DNA of 64,000 bases from Opitutales bacterium (GCA_965226885.1 CBDDEL010000016.1:32001-96000), one strand, 5' to 3'; shown: positions 33,236 to 46,077, counted from the stretch's first letter. Notes: generated from the letters alone by a model not told the origin. Made by a program: numbers and translations.

Positions 33236-36200
33236 TTGTTGAGGAGGGAAATGACTTATTGGGAACACGGCCAGGCTCGCAAGCTGCTTTCGACTGTTGT
33301 CGGGGTCTTTGTTCTATTATTTGTGAGTCCCCTGCCGGGGCAGAAAGCGCCGGTTGCGGCCGCGGTTGCTAAAGGATCGACTTCGACCAGCATCTTGCTG
33401 ACGGTTGAAAATGAGGTGCAGGTGGCCCTGGGCAAAGGGGCGTGGCTGAGCGGCAAGGTCGGGCAGGCGCTCAATTATGGGGATCGGGTGCGAACGGGCG
33501 AATACAGCCGGGCGGCCATCAAGCTGCCCAACGGCAGCATCCTGCGTATCGACGAATTGACCACCATCCGCTTGAAACCGCCCTCCGGTCCCCAGCCCAA
33601 ACCGGCAACGGAACTGGAAAAGGGCCGCCTTTATTTTTTCGGAAGATCGAAAGAGGATGAAACGCAATTCGTCACCCCGACGGCCAACGGAGCCATCCGG
33701 GGCACTGAATTCGAGTTGAGGGTAGCCGACAACGGCACAACGGTGCTGACGATGTTCGATGGATCGGTGCACCTCTCCAATGCATTGGGGTCGATAGACC
33801 TGGAAAGCGGCCAGCAGGGCACCGTCGAACGCAGCCTGCCACCGCGCAAAACGGCCGTCATCGACGCCATCAATATCATACAGTGGTGCCTCTATTATCC
33901 AGGGTTGCTCGATCCGGAGGAGTTGACCTGGAGCGCAACGGAAAGAGATTTGCACGGCGCTTCCCTGCAATCTTACGAGAAGGGCAGTCTGCTTGAGGCA
34001 TTGAGGCTATTTTCACTGCCGAAGAACCGCCCTCCGGGCGTCACCGAAAAAATTTATCTGGCCGGACTTTTGCTGGCCACCGGCCAGGTCGAGGAGTCGG
34101 CCCGGCTTTTATCCACCTTCGGACCGGAGGGAAAACTCTCCCTGGCTTTGAAGGAAGTGGTGGCAGCGGTGAAAGGAACGGCGGTGGATGTTTCCCGGAC
34201 CCCGCAGGGACCAACCCAATTGCTGGCCAGGTCTTACTATTTGCAATCACGCTACGATCTGGAAAGGGCTTTGCGAGCAGCCGAACAGGCCGTGGAGCTA
34301 TCGCCGCGATTCGGGTTTGGCTGGGCGCGGGTGGCCGAGCTGGAATTTGGTTTCGGGAGAAGCCGCTCCGTAAAAAGCGCCCTGGAAAACGCCCGCCAAT
34401 TTTCGCCTCAAAATCCTCAGATGATCGCCCTGGAAGGATTTATTTTGGCCAATGACAACGAGCTGGCGCAGGCTTCGGAAAAATTCCAGGAGGCCATCGA
34501 TCTGGACGGCGCATTGGGGAATGCCTGGCTGGGACTCGGGCTGACCCGCATCGCTCTCAACGAAACAGACGCCGGACGGCAGTTATTACAGAATGCGGCC
34601 GCGCTGGAACCCAACCGGTCATTATTGCGCAGTTATTTGGCAAAAGCTTTTACCATGAAACCGGATTTTTCCCTGGCCGAAAATGAACTTCGCCTGGCCA
34701 AAAAGATCGATCCGGCGGACCCCACGCCCGATCTTTACAGCGCCTTGTCCAGGCGGGCTCAAAATCGTTTCAACGAGGCGGTCCACGACCTGGAAAACTC
34801 CCTCCAACTGAACGACAACCGGCGGCTTTACCGGTCGCGTTTTCTGCTCGACCAGGACCGGGCTGTGCGTGGAGCCAATCTGGCCGAGATTTTGCAGCGA
34901 ACCGGTTTGGAGGAACTGGCGTTAAGCGCCGCGGGGCAAGTCATAACGGCCGATTACGCCAATTTTTCCGCCCACCGGTTTTTATCCAATGCCTACAACG
35001 AGTTGCGCGATCCCCTTCGCATCAATTTGCGGTTTGAGGTAGCCTGGGCGAACGAACTTTTTCTGGCCAACATCCTGTCGCCGCTGGGGGCCGGGAACCT
35101 GTCCCCGGCCATCACCCAACAGGAATACTCGAGGCTGTTTACGAGGCTGCGGCCGGAGCTCAGTTTGAGCGCCGCATACAGAAGCAATGGCCAGCGCGAA
35201 TACCTTCTTTCCAGTTCCATCCCGATGAAGAAAACGGCCCTCTACCTGGATGCCGAGCATACCGAGTTCGATGAATTCTTTTTTAATGACGATTTGCAAC
35301 GAACCGTCGTTTACGGAAGCCTGAAACATCAAATAAATGACCGGGATTCCCTTTACGCGCTCCTCATTTACAAGGACTCCGAAAATGGGGACGTTTTTTT
35401 GCGTTACGATGCCGATACGCCGATCGCGGAAAGCCCCCAGGGGCGGGACCCGGATTTTCGATTCCGCGAACGGCAGGAGCCCTTGGCCTTTTTGGCTTTT
35501 CACCGCCAGTGGTCGCCGGGAAACCATACCGTTCTGATGGCGGCGAGGTTGGATAACCGGCAAAACCTGCAAGATCAAAATCGGGCGGTCCTTTTTTTCC
35601 GGTCGATTGATGGAACGCCTGCGGCACAAATCACTCCGCCGCTCGATTGGACATTTGAATCCAGGCTGGAAATCTATTCGGGGGAATTTCAGCAGATTTA
35701 TTCAAGGGGTTCGTCCAGCATCACCATGGGAGGAAGAATCCAGGCGGGCAACTTCACAAATTCCTCGACCCTGGGCACGGCAAGCTCGATTTTTGCCGAT
35801 TTCCTGGAACAGCAACTGACGGAGGATTTTTCCCGGCATACGATCTACGGGTATTTCAACCACTCACTGTCGATTCAGGCGCAAAGATTGGATTTCACAC
35901 TCGGCCTGACCTACGACCGGGTTGAATTTCCGGCCAACCTGGCCGAAGCGCCGCTGATTGCCGGCCGGAAAACAAGCGCCCAGGTGGGGCCGAAAGCGGG
36001 TTTGTCCTGGAGCCCGATGGCTGGCTGGATGATTCGTGCATCCTACAGCAAAACCCAGACCGGGTTTTCCATTGATGAACCCGTCAGGCTGGAACCCAAC
36101 CAGGTTTCCGGCTTCATCCAGGCCTTTCGTTCCGTAATTCCAGAGAACCTGACGGGAACCATCCCCGCCGCCAACATCGAGACGGCCAATTTTTCCGTGG

Positions 36201-36816
36201 ATGGCAAACTGGGACCGGAAACCTATTTAGGATTGAGCATTTTTCACGGCAATTCGGATGTAAAGCGAAACCGGAACGCCTTCGAGGCCGCATTTTTCCC
36301 CTTTCCCCCCACCGACGTCAACGCGTTCTCCTTCGAGGAGACATTCGACTACGAAGAAACCCACATTGCCCTGCGATTGGACCAGCTTTTGGGCAATTCG
36401 TGGTCAATGGGGCTGCGGTTTTCCTGGAACAATGCCCAAATTGACAAATCGACCCCCGGTTTTCCGCAAACCGTCGCCCCTTTCCCCGTCCTGCCAAACC
36501 TGGCCGCCGACTTAATCAATGCATCCTGGAAAATTCGCTACCATTCGGCCAACGGCATTTTCGCCCGCGCCGAATACAGTTACTGGTGGCAGGTTACTGG
36601 TGGCAGGACAATCGCAATTATCAACCGGAACTGCCGGGGGACACTTTTCGCATGATCAATCTGGAAGTGGGCTTTCGCCTCAAAAGCGATCGCGGTGAAT
36701 TTTTGATCGGTTTGTTGAACATGACCGACGAGGATTACCGTATAAATCCGCTCAACAATTTTAACCAACTGCCTCGAAAGCGCACCTTCATCGCAACGGG
36801 CAGGATCAGTTTTTGA
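33236..36816 (+). pseudogene. FecR + TPR + TonB-receptor-like beta-barrel protein, frameshifted near the C-terminus
   Basis: GDRVRTG..SRA, TPTANGAIRGTEF, TPRs, barrel ending TGRISF; 14-bp duplication at 36579-36606. Confidence 0.88.
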
Positions 36817-36877
36817 TCCAGATCGTGGTTAATTTATATAATTGTGTCGGCAAAATTTGAATTTACTATCTGAGAAA

Positions 36878-39800
36878 ATGGCAAACAAACCCTTCCAGAA
36901 GGCGCGGGCCGTGATCATTGGCCTGGCAGGTTATCTGCTATGCGGCCTCTTGCCGTTAAGTGCGCTCAATCCGGGGGACGTGGCCCTGACGCGCATCACC
37001 CAGGAGAGCGTCATTTTGTTGGCCCTGGTCGATATTCCGGCCGGTGAACGCATTATCTTTACCGATATTAGATGGACCGCCAGGGGATTTGACACCGCCA
37101 ACGCGGATCCGGAAGACGGGTTTTATGTGTGGTTCGCCTCGGACGCGGATGGCGTCGGTTCCAACGACCCGGGTCTGAAAGCGGGTGAGCAGGTAGAAAT
37201 AGTTTTTCCCGACAACACGGTTTTTCTGCAATGGCAAGAATACCTGTTTTTATTTCAGGGTACTGTGGGTATACCGACCTTTCTTTATTCCGTCTTTGCC
37301 GATGTTGACTGGAACCTCTGGGACAATCCGGCGCGGGGGCTGACCAATGATATAACGTCCACCACCATAGGGACGATTTCCGGAGCGCCGAAGGATGTGA
37401 TGTGACCGCCGAAAACACTACCATTGCCAGTGAGAGTCTTTCTGGAGAAATTACCGGAAAGACCTATGAAGCAAAAAAGATACACCCCTGAACAAATCAT
37501 AACGATACTGCGCGAAGTAGACGCAGGCAAAGGCATTCAGGATGTCTGTCGGTCCCACAATATCAGTCCTCAAAGCTACCATCGTTGGCGTAAAAAGTAT
37601 GGCCGCATGGAGCTGCGTGGCGCCAAGCGGCTGAAGGAGCTGGAGCGCGAAAACACGCAGCTTAAGAAGATAGTAGCCGAGCAGATGCTGGAGAACCGTG
37701 TGCTCAAGGAGGTGAACGCAAAAAAATGGTAGGCCCGAAGCAGAAAAAGGAAGCGGTGAAGCATGTATTGGCCCAAGGGTCGTGCTCGCTGCGTCGGGCC
37801 TGTCAGTATTTTGGGTTGCACCGCTCAACCTACCTGTATGAACCCAAGAAAGCTACTGAGTATAGGCATAAACTGGTGGCACGCATCATTGCCTTTTCGA
37901 AGAAGCATCCGCGCTATGGCTATCGTCGGATCCGCGCTTTGTTGGCCCATGAAGGTTGGCCCGTGAGTCGCAAATTCGTCCAAAAAGTGCGTCGTTTCGA
38001 AGGACTGGGTGTGCGCCCGTCTGGCAAGCGCCGTCGCCGGCAGGGCCAATCCACGGCTACCCCGACCCGAGCAGTGCAGCCCAACCATGTGTGGAGTTGG
38101 GACTTCGTGGCGGATCGCACCGACCGGGGCGGTCCGCTCAGGCTCTTGACACTGATCGATGAACATACCCGTCAATGCCTGGCCATTAAGGTTGCGCGCT
38201 CACTGAAAAGTGCCGATGTGGTAGAGGTATTGAACGATGCCATAAGAGAGAACGGCAAACCTCAGTGCATCCGCTCGGACAACGGATCGGAGTTTATAGC
38301 CCACCAAGTCAAAGAAGAACTGCAGCGACAGGAAATTGCCATCGCATACATTGATCCAGGAAGCCCTTGGCAGAATGGACATATAGAATCCTTTCATAAT
38401 CGTTTGCGCGATGAATGCCTTAACCAGGAACTGTTCCTGAGCGTGACCGAAGCGCGTGTGGTGGTCGAACAATGGCGACACAAATACAACGCGAAACACC
38501 CCCACAGCCGATTAGGCTTTCTCTCCCCAAATACATTTGCCAGACTCTGGCGAACAATCAACAAAGCAGCGGCTGGCTCCATTCGGCCTACGGCCTCATT
38601 GCGCCACCCGCTGCAAAACCTACAATACCAAACCTACGGAAATACTCTCACTTAAAGTGGTAGCAAAGATGGGGTCCGATCAGATGAGAGAGGGGCCGCC
38701 ATAATCAACCATGAAATAAAATCGGAGCGGCGGGACAAGTTCAGCGACGACTTGGATCAACTAGGCTGGTTGCGGCTGTTTACCAACATCTCGTCCTGGA
38801 CATGGGTGGAAAACAACACCGATGCCATCGACAACCAGGATTTCGTAATTGCCGCCAGCCAGGGTCTCATCGAATTTGCCTCCGAGCGGCATCTGATCAG
38901 GGATGACAAGGGCGCTTTTTCAGTCATCCTACGGCGGCTTTACGGCAGTGAGGGGGCCGTATCGGTGAGGGTCAGCACAACGACGCGCATCTCCGATTAC
39001 TCGGGACTGAAACCGAGAACTTCAGGCACATTCGATGACCTAACAGGAATCGCTCACGGCAACGGCACATTCGTCATCGTAAGCTCGGGAGAAGGGACGC
39101 TGACCTCTCCCGACGGCTTCACCTGGACTTTGCATTCAACACCCTTTGACAATTTACACGGGATCGCTTTTGGCTTGAACCGGTTCGTGGCGGTAGGCGG
39201 CGACGGATTGATCATCGTATCCGCCGATGGAGCCACATGGACGAGCCAAACCTCTCCCACAGGCGCGTCGCTCTTTGGTGTAGAATTCATCAACGAAGCA
39301 TTTTATGCGGTGGGCGAAGAAAATATCATCCTGTCTTCACCAGACGCCCAAATCTGGACTCGCGTCAACGGGGGCAATACTTCCGGCGCCCTTTACGGAA
39401 TCGCATTCGGTAGCGAAATCGGGGAAATTGCCGACAACAACCTCTTTGCGGCGGTGGGCAAAGAAGGCGCTATTTTCACATCGACAGACGGCGAGAACTG
39501 GTCGCCTTCAGCCACCGACTTCACCGAGCAAACGCTCTGGGAAGTCATCTATTCCTCAACCGGCTTTACGGCCGTGGCGGATGAGGGGCGAGTCCTCGTT
39601 TCCACCGACGGCCTCAACTGGGAGGAAAAACGCTCCGGGGCGCGCCTCTCGCTTTTTGCCATCACGGCCGCTGGGTCCACCCGGGTTGCGGTGGGCAGCG
39701 AAGGGCTTATCATTTCGACCGAAGACGATTCGGTTTTCAAACCCACCCGGCGCCGGGTGCGGGCCACTTCTCTTTACGACATCATTTTTGCCTCCGGGAC

Positions 39801-41324
39801 CGCCGTCGTGGTCGGTGAATACGGCCGCATTCTATCGACTTAGGTGACAGGCGGAAGGGATCTCTCGGCATCCTCGGCAATTGATTTCACGCCGGTTACC
39901 AATGCGGGTGTTTTCTGGTCCGATGGCGACAGCGAACCGAAAACCCAAACTATCAGTTTTACTAGGGATTTGAGTACAAGTCTGGCCCGTAAGCGCTTCG
40001 ATTTGCGTATTTTTCAAGGGTTCAACGATCCCGATCTGGGCGTCTCAACAACCGAGATTTCCCTTTTCAGCACAAACCCATTGAGAAACCGGATTATCGA
40101 TAATTATGGGGCGTTTCTCACTTTTAAAAATGTCGATCTGTCGCGCAATGAAGCGGATGCCACCGAACCGCACCGGTTGAGTTTCCAGATTCAAAACACT
40201 TCCGCGACGGCTTCAAAATCGCTCCGGGTTCAATTCGACGGCTCCAACCTGCCGGACCTCGACCTGGGCTTCACGGTGCCGGCTGAAAGCGTTTCCGAAG
40301 TGGTGCAAATAGACCTTTCGGAAATTGTGCAAGCCATCAGTCTGTTTGAATTGTTGACCGATGACGACGAACCGGTATTCAAGCACATAAGATTCATCAA
40401 CAGTGTATTCATTGTCGATGAACGGGTTGGAAACGGAATCAAATCGGGGACCCTGGGCCGGGGGGTTTTGTGACAGATCTGACGCCCCTGCCAGGTGAAT
40501 CCGGGGGAATCAGTTCGTCCTCCAAAGATAAAGGCGGCGGCGTTGTAAAACCAAAATTCAGCGGGGGCACGCCTCCGCCTCCGCCAGGAGAAGGCGGGGG
40601 GGAGGGATTCGGGCTCGTCCTGACGGAAATCGAACTAACGGGGAATGCTTCCATCGAAACCAGCGGTTCGGCCGACTTTACGGCCATCGGAACTTTCCTC
40701 GACCCTTTTACTTTTGAGGAATTCGAGGAGGAGTTGACGGACCCCCAGCCCGACTGGGACCTGAACCTGCAAAGTTTTCCTGTAAACGAGAATGGATTAA
40801 TAACGGCAAATCCCAACCCAGTCCTCATTTACCCGCAGGCGGCTGCATTATCGGCATCCTCCATCAACGGTGCCCCGGTGGACGAACAAGGAGACCCGAT
40901 ACCGGTGGTCGGAAATGTGAATGTGTCCATTGATGAGCCGGAGGGAAACCAGGATTACCCGGCATGGGTAATTGCCCACGAACTGACTGGCGGGGCAAGC
41001 GGTGAAAAAGAGGATTTCGAGGGCGACGGGCTGGCCAACTTATTGGAATTTTCCCTCGGTACCGATCCAACCGTAGCAAATCCCGAAGGCCTCACATTTA
41101 ATATGGTCGATCAGGGCGGGGGCAGTTATACAATCCAATACACCCGCCCCAAGGATCGAAAAGGCGTAATTTACAAACTGCAAAAATCAACCGCCTTCCA
41201 CCCCTGGAGCGACCTTGGGCAGACTTTGTTCGGGCAAGATGAATTTACGGAGACATGGGAAGCTTCCACAACGGAAGATTCACCGGCAAATTTCAGGCTG
41301 GTGATTGAACGCTTCGACCAATAA
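36878..41324 (+). pseudogene. Large secreted protein (Calx-beta-like, BNR/beta-propeller repeats, C-terminal D.EGDG..NLLE..LGTDP domain), disrupted
   Basis: Repeated S.DG.TW / FVAVG motifs; IS3 at 37398, in-frame TAG at 39841, 5-nt insertion near 40441. Confidence 0.8.
37398..38682 (+). mobile_element. IS3-family type b copy 2 with 4-bp TSD GATG
   Basis: Same length and same ORF translations as 7113-8397; GATG at 37394-37397 and 38683-38686. Confidence 0.97.
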
Positions 41325-41349
41325 GATTCCGAAAATCTCTTGTCGGGAA

Positions 41350-43449
41350 ATGCGGAATTCGCCAACCAAAAGCTTGTCCCAGTATATCGCCGGATTGCTC
41401 ATCGTTTGCGGCATTGGCTTGATGGTCATGTGGCATCCCTATGGGATGGGATTGCGGAGGCTTGGTTTCGATCTTCTCTTTCATAGCCCTCTGCACCTTC
41501 ATCAGGTCAACCGGTTAAGCCGGGATTTCGTAATCGTATATCTTGACGATTTATCTCACCGGGCGCTCGGACAACCCTACGACCGTATTTGGAATCGGAG
41601 CCTGCATGCCCATCTGCTCAACAGATTGACCGAGGAAGGCGCCCGTTTGGTTTTTTACGACATTGTATTTGACCTGGAAAGCTCGAATGAAGAAAGCGAC
41701 CTGGCGTTCGAGACTGCCATTGCCGAAAACGGGAAAGTGATCATGGGAGCCGGATTGGACAGACAAGAGGGTTTTGACACCGATTATGAGGAGATCATCA
41801 TCGCGCCGAACAGCAGATTCCGTAGAAAAGCTTTAGCCTGGGGCATGATTAACAGTCCCCTCGATCCCGATCAGGGAATCCGCATATTGGCCACCGGTAA
41901 CGAAAATATCCCCACGGCCACCTGGAAAACGGCGCTCCTCCTGGAGCCGGATGTGGAAAAAAGCCTCGGCTCCAGATTGCAGGAACGTTGGATTAATTAC
42001 ACGGGTTATCCCGACTCGATCCCGTCTGTCAGTTTTATGCGGGCTTTGCAGGCTGACGGTTTGAAACCGGGATTTTTTAAAAACAAAATCGTTTTTATCG
42101 GGGCCAAGGGTTCGGTTGGTTTTTCGGGTAGCGCCAAAGACACTTTCCGATCCCCCTACCGCGATGCCGGGCGTAACTTGTTTTACAACGGAGTGGAAAT
42201 CCACGTTATGGCCCTCGAAAATCTTCTCAATTTGAATTGGTTCACCCTCCTGACAGCAAAGCGCGAAGCCATGATTGTGGCCGGATTGGGTGTCATTTTT
42301 GTTCTCTTATTAACCCCATTGCGGCCCCTCGTATCCTTCCTCGGGGCCTTCGCGGGGTCCATCGGGCTGGCCGTAGCATCTGTTTATATCTGCCGCAGCA
42401 CGGGCTATTTTTACAGTTGGATTGTCCCGTCGTTCATTATGGCACCGACGGCTTTTTTGTGGTCGGCGGGATGCCATTATTACATCGAGGTGCGGCGGCG
42501 AAACCGATTGAAGAAGACATTCTCCGCCTACTTGTCTCCCATCATGGTAAAGCGGCTGGCGGAAGCCGACGAGGAACCTCAACTGGGCGGTTACGAAGAA
42601 AACATTACGGTGTTTTTCAGCGATGTGGCAAATTTTTCATCTTTTTCCGAACGGCTCTTCCCTCCCCAATTGACCGATGTCATGAATCTCTACCTGACGG
42701 AAATGACGGAAATCCTGCGCGAACAAGGCGGAACCCTGGACAAATATATCGGGGACGCCATCGTGGCCATGTTCGGGGCGCCTTTGGAAATGAAAGATCA
42801 CTCCTATCGAGCTTGTTGCACAGCAGCCAAAATGCAGGAGTGTCTCGGCCGATTGAGAAGCGAGTGGTCGCATAAAAATGGAAATCAGGCCGCAGCTTTG
42901 CGAGAGTTGAAAGCTCGAATCGGAATCAACACGGGAATCGCCACTGTGGGGAATTTCGGGTCCAAATATCGTTTGAACTACACCATGATGGGCGACATGG
43001 TGAACCTGGCCGCCCGATGCGAAAGCGGGGCAAAAGCATACGGCGTTTACATCATGCTGACGGAAGATACAAAAGCGGCGGTGGAAGAGGATTCTTCCGA
43101 GTTTGTATTCCGGTTTCTGGACAAAGTCCGGGTCAAGGGCCGCCAGAAACCGGCCAACCTCTATGAGCTGTTAGGTTTCCGGGCCGGTCAACCGGAGTCG
43201 GCTCTGGAATGTATCCATGCCTACCAACAAGCCCTCGATAAATATTTCGAGAGGGACTGGGATGGCGCCGTTTCCCTTTTGCAACATGCCGCTCTATGGG
43301 AACCCAACAGACCTGCCGAAGCCAAGGCCGAGGAGGGAGATAACCAGAAAGTAACTCCATCGATTCTTCTCCGCAACCGCTGCCTGCAAATGAAGGAAAA
43401 CCCACCCAACAAGGATTGGGACGGCGTTTACACCATGTCATCAAAATAA
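41350..43449 (+). CDS. CHASE2-domain adenylate cyclase
   Basis: CHASE2 (DPDQGIR, GVEIH), 3 TM segments, FSDVANFS, DKYIGDA, NYTMMGD.VNLAAR.E; start uncertain. Confidence 0.92.
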   Translation: MRNSPTKSLSQYIAGLLIVCGIGLMVMWHPYGMGLRRLGFDLLFHSPLHLHQVNRLSRDFVIVYLDDLSHRALGQPYDRIWNRSLHAHLLNRLTEEGARLVFYDIVFDLESSNEESDLAFETAIAENGKVIMGAGLDRQEGFDTDYEEIIIAPNSRFRRKALAWGMINSPLDPDQGIRILATGNENIPTATWKTALLLEPDVEKSLGSRLQERWINYTGYPDSIPSVSFMRALQADGLKPGFFKNKIVFIGAKGSVGFSGSAKDTFRSPYRDAGRNLFYNGVEIHVMALENLLNLNWFTLLTAKREAMIVAGLGVIFVLLLTPLRPLVSFLGAFAGSIGLAVASVYICRSTGYFYSWIVPSFIMAPTAFLWSAGCHYYIEVRRRNRLKKTFSAYLSPIMVKRLAEADEEPQLGGYEENITVFFSDVANFSSFSERLFPPQLTDVMNLYLTEMTEILREQGGTLDKYIGDAIVAMFGAPLEMKDHSYRACCTAAKMQECLGRLRSEWSHKNGNQAAALRELKARIGINTGIATVGNFGSKYRLNYTMMGDMVNLAARCESGAKAYGVYIMLTEDTKAAVEEDSSEFVFRFLDKVRVKGRQKPANLYELLGFRAGQPESALECIHAYQQALDKYFERDWDGAVSLLQHAALWEPNRPAEAKAEEGDNQKVTPSILLRNRCLQMKENPPNKDWDGVYTMSSK

Positions 43450-43473
43450 CGGAAGCGCCCACCTGACCGTACC

Positions 43474-43500
43474 CCAGAATCCAGAATCCTGCATCCTGAA
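43474..43500. repeat. Short degenerate heptamer tandem repeat between convergent genes
   Basis: CCAGAAT CCAGAAT CCTGCAT CCTGAA. Confidence 0.45.
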
Positions 43501-43507
43501 ACTCCGC

Positions 43508-43819
43508 TCACTCAGGCTCACCTTCACTCTCGAATCGGTAAATGGTCTCATCCGGCCGGGCGTAACCCAGTTTTTGTCGAACCACCCGTTCCAGAAAATC
43601 AGGTTCATGCAGTACAAGGTCCAGGTATTTCTCCTTTTGAGATATTTTCACTTTCAAGTGACTCAACTGTTTTTCCAACTCCATCTCCTTCGATTTGAAA
43701 TACTCAAATTCCCGGTAACTTTGCAGAAAAAGGGCGCTGAATGACAATACCGTAAGCGCCAATAAGGCGCTCAGCAATCCCAATACGATTTGAGCCAATG
43801 ATGCAATTCTTCCTGCCAT
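43508..43819 (-). CDS. Septum formation initiator (FtsB/DivIC-like)
   Basis: TM segment, coiled coil, ERVVRQKLGYARPDETIYRF. Confidence 0.85.
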   Translation of the reverse strand: MAGRIASLAQIVLGLLSALLALTVLSFSALFLQSYREFEYFKSKEMELEKQLSHLKVKISQKEKYLDLVLHEPDFLERVVRQKLGYARPDETIYRFESEGEPE

Positions 43820-43943
43820 TTCAATTACTACGGATTAATCCTAGGAAGCGATTCAACCCCTGAAAAGAAAAATCGTTTGCGACTTTTAAAGTCATAAATT
43901 TTTTGTTATGAAAGAGAAAAGAAGAAAAGAATCTAAACACCCT

Positions 43944-44756
43944 ATGTACGAAAGCTATTTCGGCTTCCGGGAGATGCCTTTCAACATCACTCCCGATCCT
44001 AAATTTCTTTTCCTCAGCCCAACCCATATGAATGCGCTGCAATACCTGCGCTACGGGATCAAGGAAAGAAAGGGTTTTATTGTACTGACCGGGGAAGTCG
44101 GCTGCGGCAAAACCACGCTCTGCCGGAAACTACTGGATGAACTGGATTCGAAGCACTATCAAACCGCCCTTATCCTCAATCCCCGGCTTTCGGAAACCCA
44201 GCTGCTCAAGGCCATCCTTACGGAAATGGGAGAAAATGCCAAAGCGCGAAGCCGCAACGACCTGCTCAACCAGCTCAACAGCGCCCTCTTGGACCGTATT
44301 CACGCCGGCAAAGACATTGTCCTCATCATCGATGAATCGCAAAACCTGTCGTTCGATGCCCTCGAACACATAAGACTCCTATCCAACCTGGAAACGGACA
44401 AGCAGAAGCTGCTGCAAATTATTTTAATCGGACAACCGGAACTGAAGGAAAAACTGGCGGAAAAGCGTTTGCGCCAGCTAAAGCAGAGGATTCTGGTCCA
44501 GTTCGACCTCTCTCCCCTCACACAGGAGCAGGTAATTCATTACATCCAGCACCGCCTCTCCATGGTCGGAGGCATGGGCCGTCCCAGCTTTACCCCTTAT
44601 GCCTACAAAAAAATATTCAAGATCAGCCGGGGCATTCCAAGAATGATAAATAATTTATGTGACAAAGCCCTGCTCTCCGCATTTACCAGGTCTTCGGACA
44701 ACGTCAACTATTGGGATATCAGGCGCGCGCAAAAAGATCTGAGCCTCTTCGACTAA
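43944..44756 (+). CDS. ExeA/GspA-family AAA ATPase
   Basis: MYESYFGF.E.PF.ITPDP, GEVGCGKTT, IIDESQ, LIGQPEL, GIPR.IN. Confidence 0.93.
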   Translation: MYESYFGFREMPFNITPDPKFLFLSPTHMNALQYLRYGIKERKGFIVLTGEVGCGKTTLCRKLLDELDSKHYQTALILNPRLSETQLLKAILTEMGENAKARSRNDLLNQLNSALLDRIHAGKDIVLIIDESQNLSFDALEHIRLLSNLETDKQKLLQIILIGQPELKEKLAEKRLRQLKQRILVQFDLSPLTQEQVIHYIQHRLSMVGGMGRPSFTPYAYKKIFKISRGIPRMINNLCDKALLSAFTRSSDNVNYWDIRRAQKDLSLFD

Positions 44757-45081
44757 AGCCGAACATGACCTTCCGACCCCCATTCACTCCTGTAAAACAC
44801 CGATTAGCTCCAGTTATTGTGGCTTAAATTGGCACCTGATACTTGGTAGGTTTCCCTTACTTGCAAAATTCAAACTCCCCCATACACCATAACTTGAGAG
44901 ATTCTTGAGACATAAAATTCAAAGGAATCTTTTTTCGATGAGAGAACTCAATTATTCCAATAATCTTTCTACCATAATAACTGAAAATGGCATAAATCTG
45001 CCATAAAAAATAATTTCAATACTATAACTCGTTAATTTCAATACTATAACTCGTTATATATCAATTATATAAAAGCATCTA

Positions 45082-45167
45082 GCCCGGGTGGCGGAATGGT
45101 AGACGCTGCGGACTTAAAATCCGCTGTCCGAAAGGACGTGAGGGTTCGACTCCCTCCCCGGGCACCA
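45082..45167 (+). tRNA. tRNA-Leu (anticodon TAA)
   Basis: GCCCGGG acceptor stem, GCGGA-CTTAAAA-TCCGC anticodon arm, long variable arm, GGTTCGACTCC, CCA. Confidence 0.97.
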
Positions 45168-45299
45168 CATTTAATCAGTTGATAATCAACGATCTTTAAT
45201 ATTAAAGACTTTAAAATAAAATAGAGCCGAGGCGAATAGAAACGAAGCAAATACCCCCTAAATACCCGAAAAAGTAGCAACATAATAGCAACGAACGGT

Positions 45300-45600
45300 T
45301 TTAGTTTTACGTCGTTTGGACTTGCTGAACCAAGCGAGGAGGGGAAAACAGGTCGTGGGCTCTCATAAAAAGGAGGCAAAGCCCGATTTCCTTCCATTCC
45401 TTTAGGCATACCGCAACCAGCCTCTTGAAAAACGCCGGAGTCTCCGAAACAGTAGCAATGGACATTATCGGACATAGCTCAAAGGCAATCAGCCGGGTCT
45501 ACACTCACATTGATGATGCCGCCAAGCGAAAAGCTCTGGATTCCCTACCAGATATTACCCTAAAGTATTACCCTAAAGTGAATTCTAATAGATTTTGGGC
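45300..45600 (+). pseudogene. C-terminal remnant of a second tyrosine recombinase
   Basis: FHSFRHTATSLL.NAGV, IIGH, YTH. Confidence 0.8.
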
Positions 45601-45665
45601 CATCTTTAATGTTAAAGACTTGCTCGAAGACATGGCCCATTTCCATAAAGAAACCCCACCATCCC

Positions 45666-45742
45666 CTGCAAAGCCTACAATACCAAACCTTACCTACGGA
45701 AATACTCTCACTTAAATTGGTATTAAAGATGGGGTCCGATCA
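45666..45742 (+). mobile_element. Diverged right-end relic of IS3 type b
   Basis: Matches the last ~70 bp of 7113-8397, ending GGGGTCCGATCA. Confidence 0.8.
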
Positions 45743-46077
45743 AAGGAGCCATCTTTAATATTAAAGATTCTGTAAATCCCTACTCAACCGGCAACCCCGC
45801 CGGGACGTTGAAAAGGCTACCATCGTCAAACCTTTGGAAAAACCGACGATCCAGTTTGCCTTCAATATTGAGCTACCAACTCAATCGCCATCTACTGTAT
45901 GGAGGTCCAGGCATCCGATTCCTATCCGGGTTTACCGGACATTCATTTACAGAAAACCAAAATCTTTAATATTAAAGATTTCTTGCAAAATTTGGCCGAA
46001 TTTTTAAGGTGCCCCAAAATAGGCTGTGTAGACGCTGCCTACAATATGTTGGATGTGGATCGAGAATAAAGAAACCG

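Larger units (their letters stand above)
45192..45981. repeat. Four dispersed copies of palindrome ATCTTTAATATTAAAGA(T)
   Basis: At 45192, 45602 (1 mismatch), 45751 and 45962. Confidence 0.88.

Noticed and set aside
39841..39843. Stop-codon readthrough (in-frame TAG)
   Set aside because: The gene has two other lesions, so a nonsense mutation is simpler, and TAG ends normal genes here.
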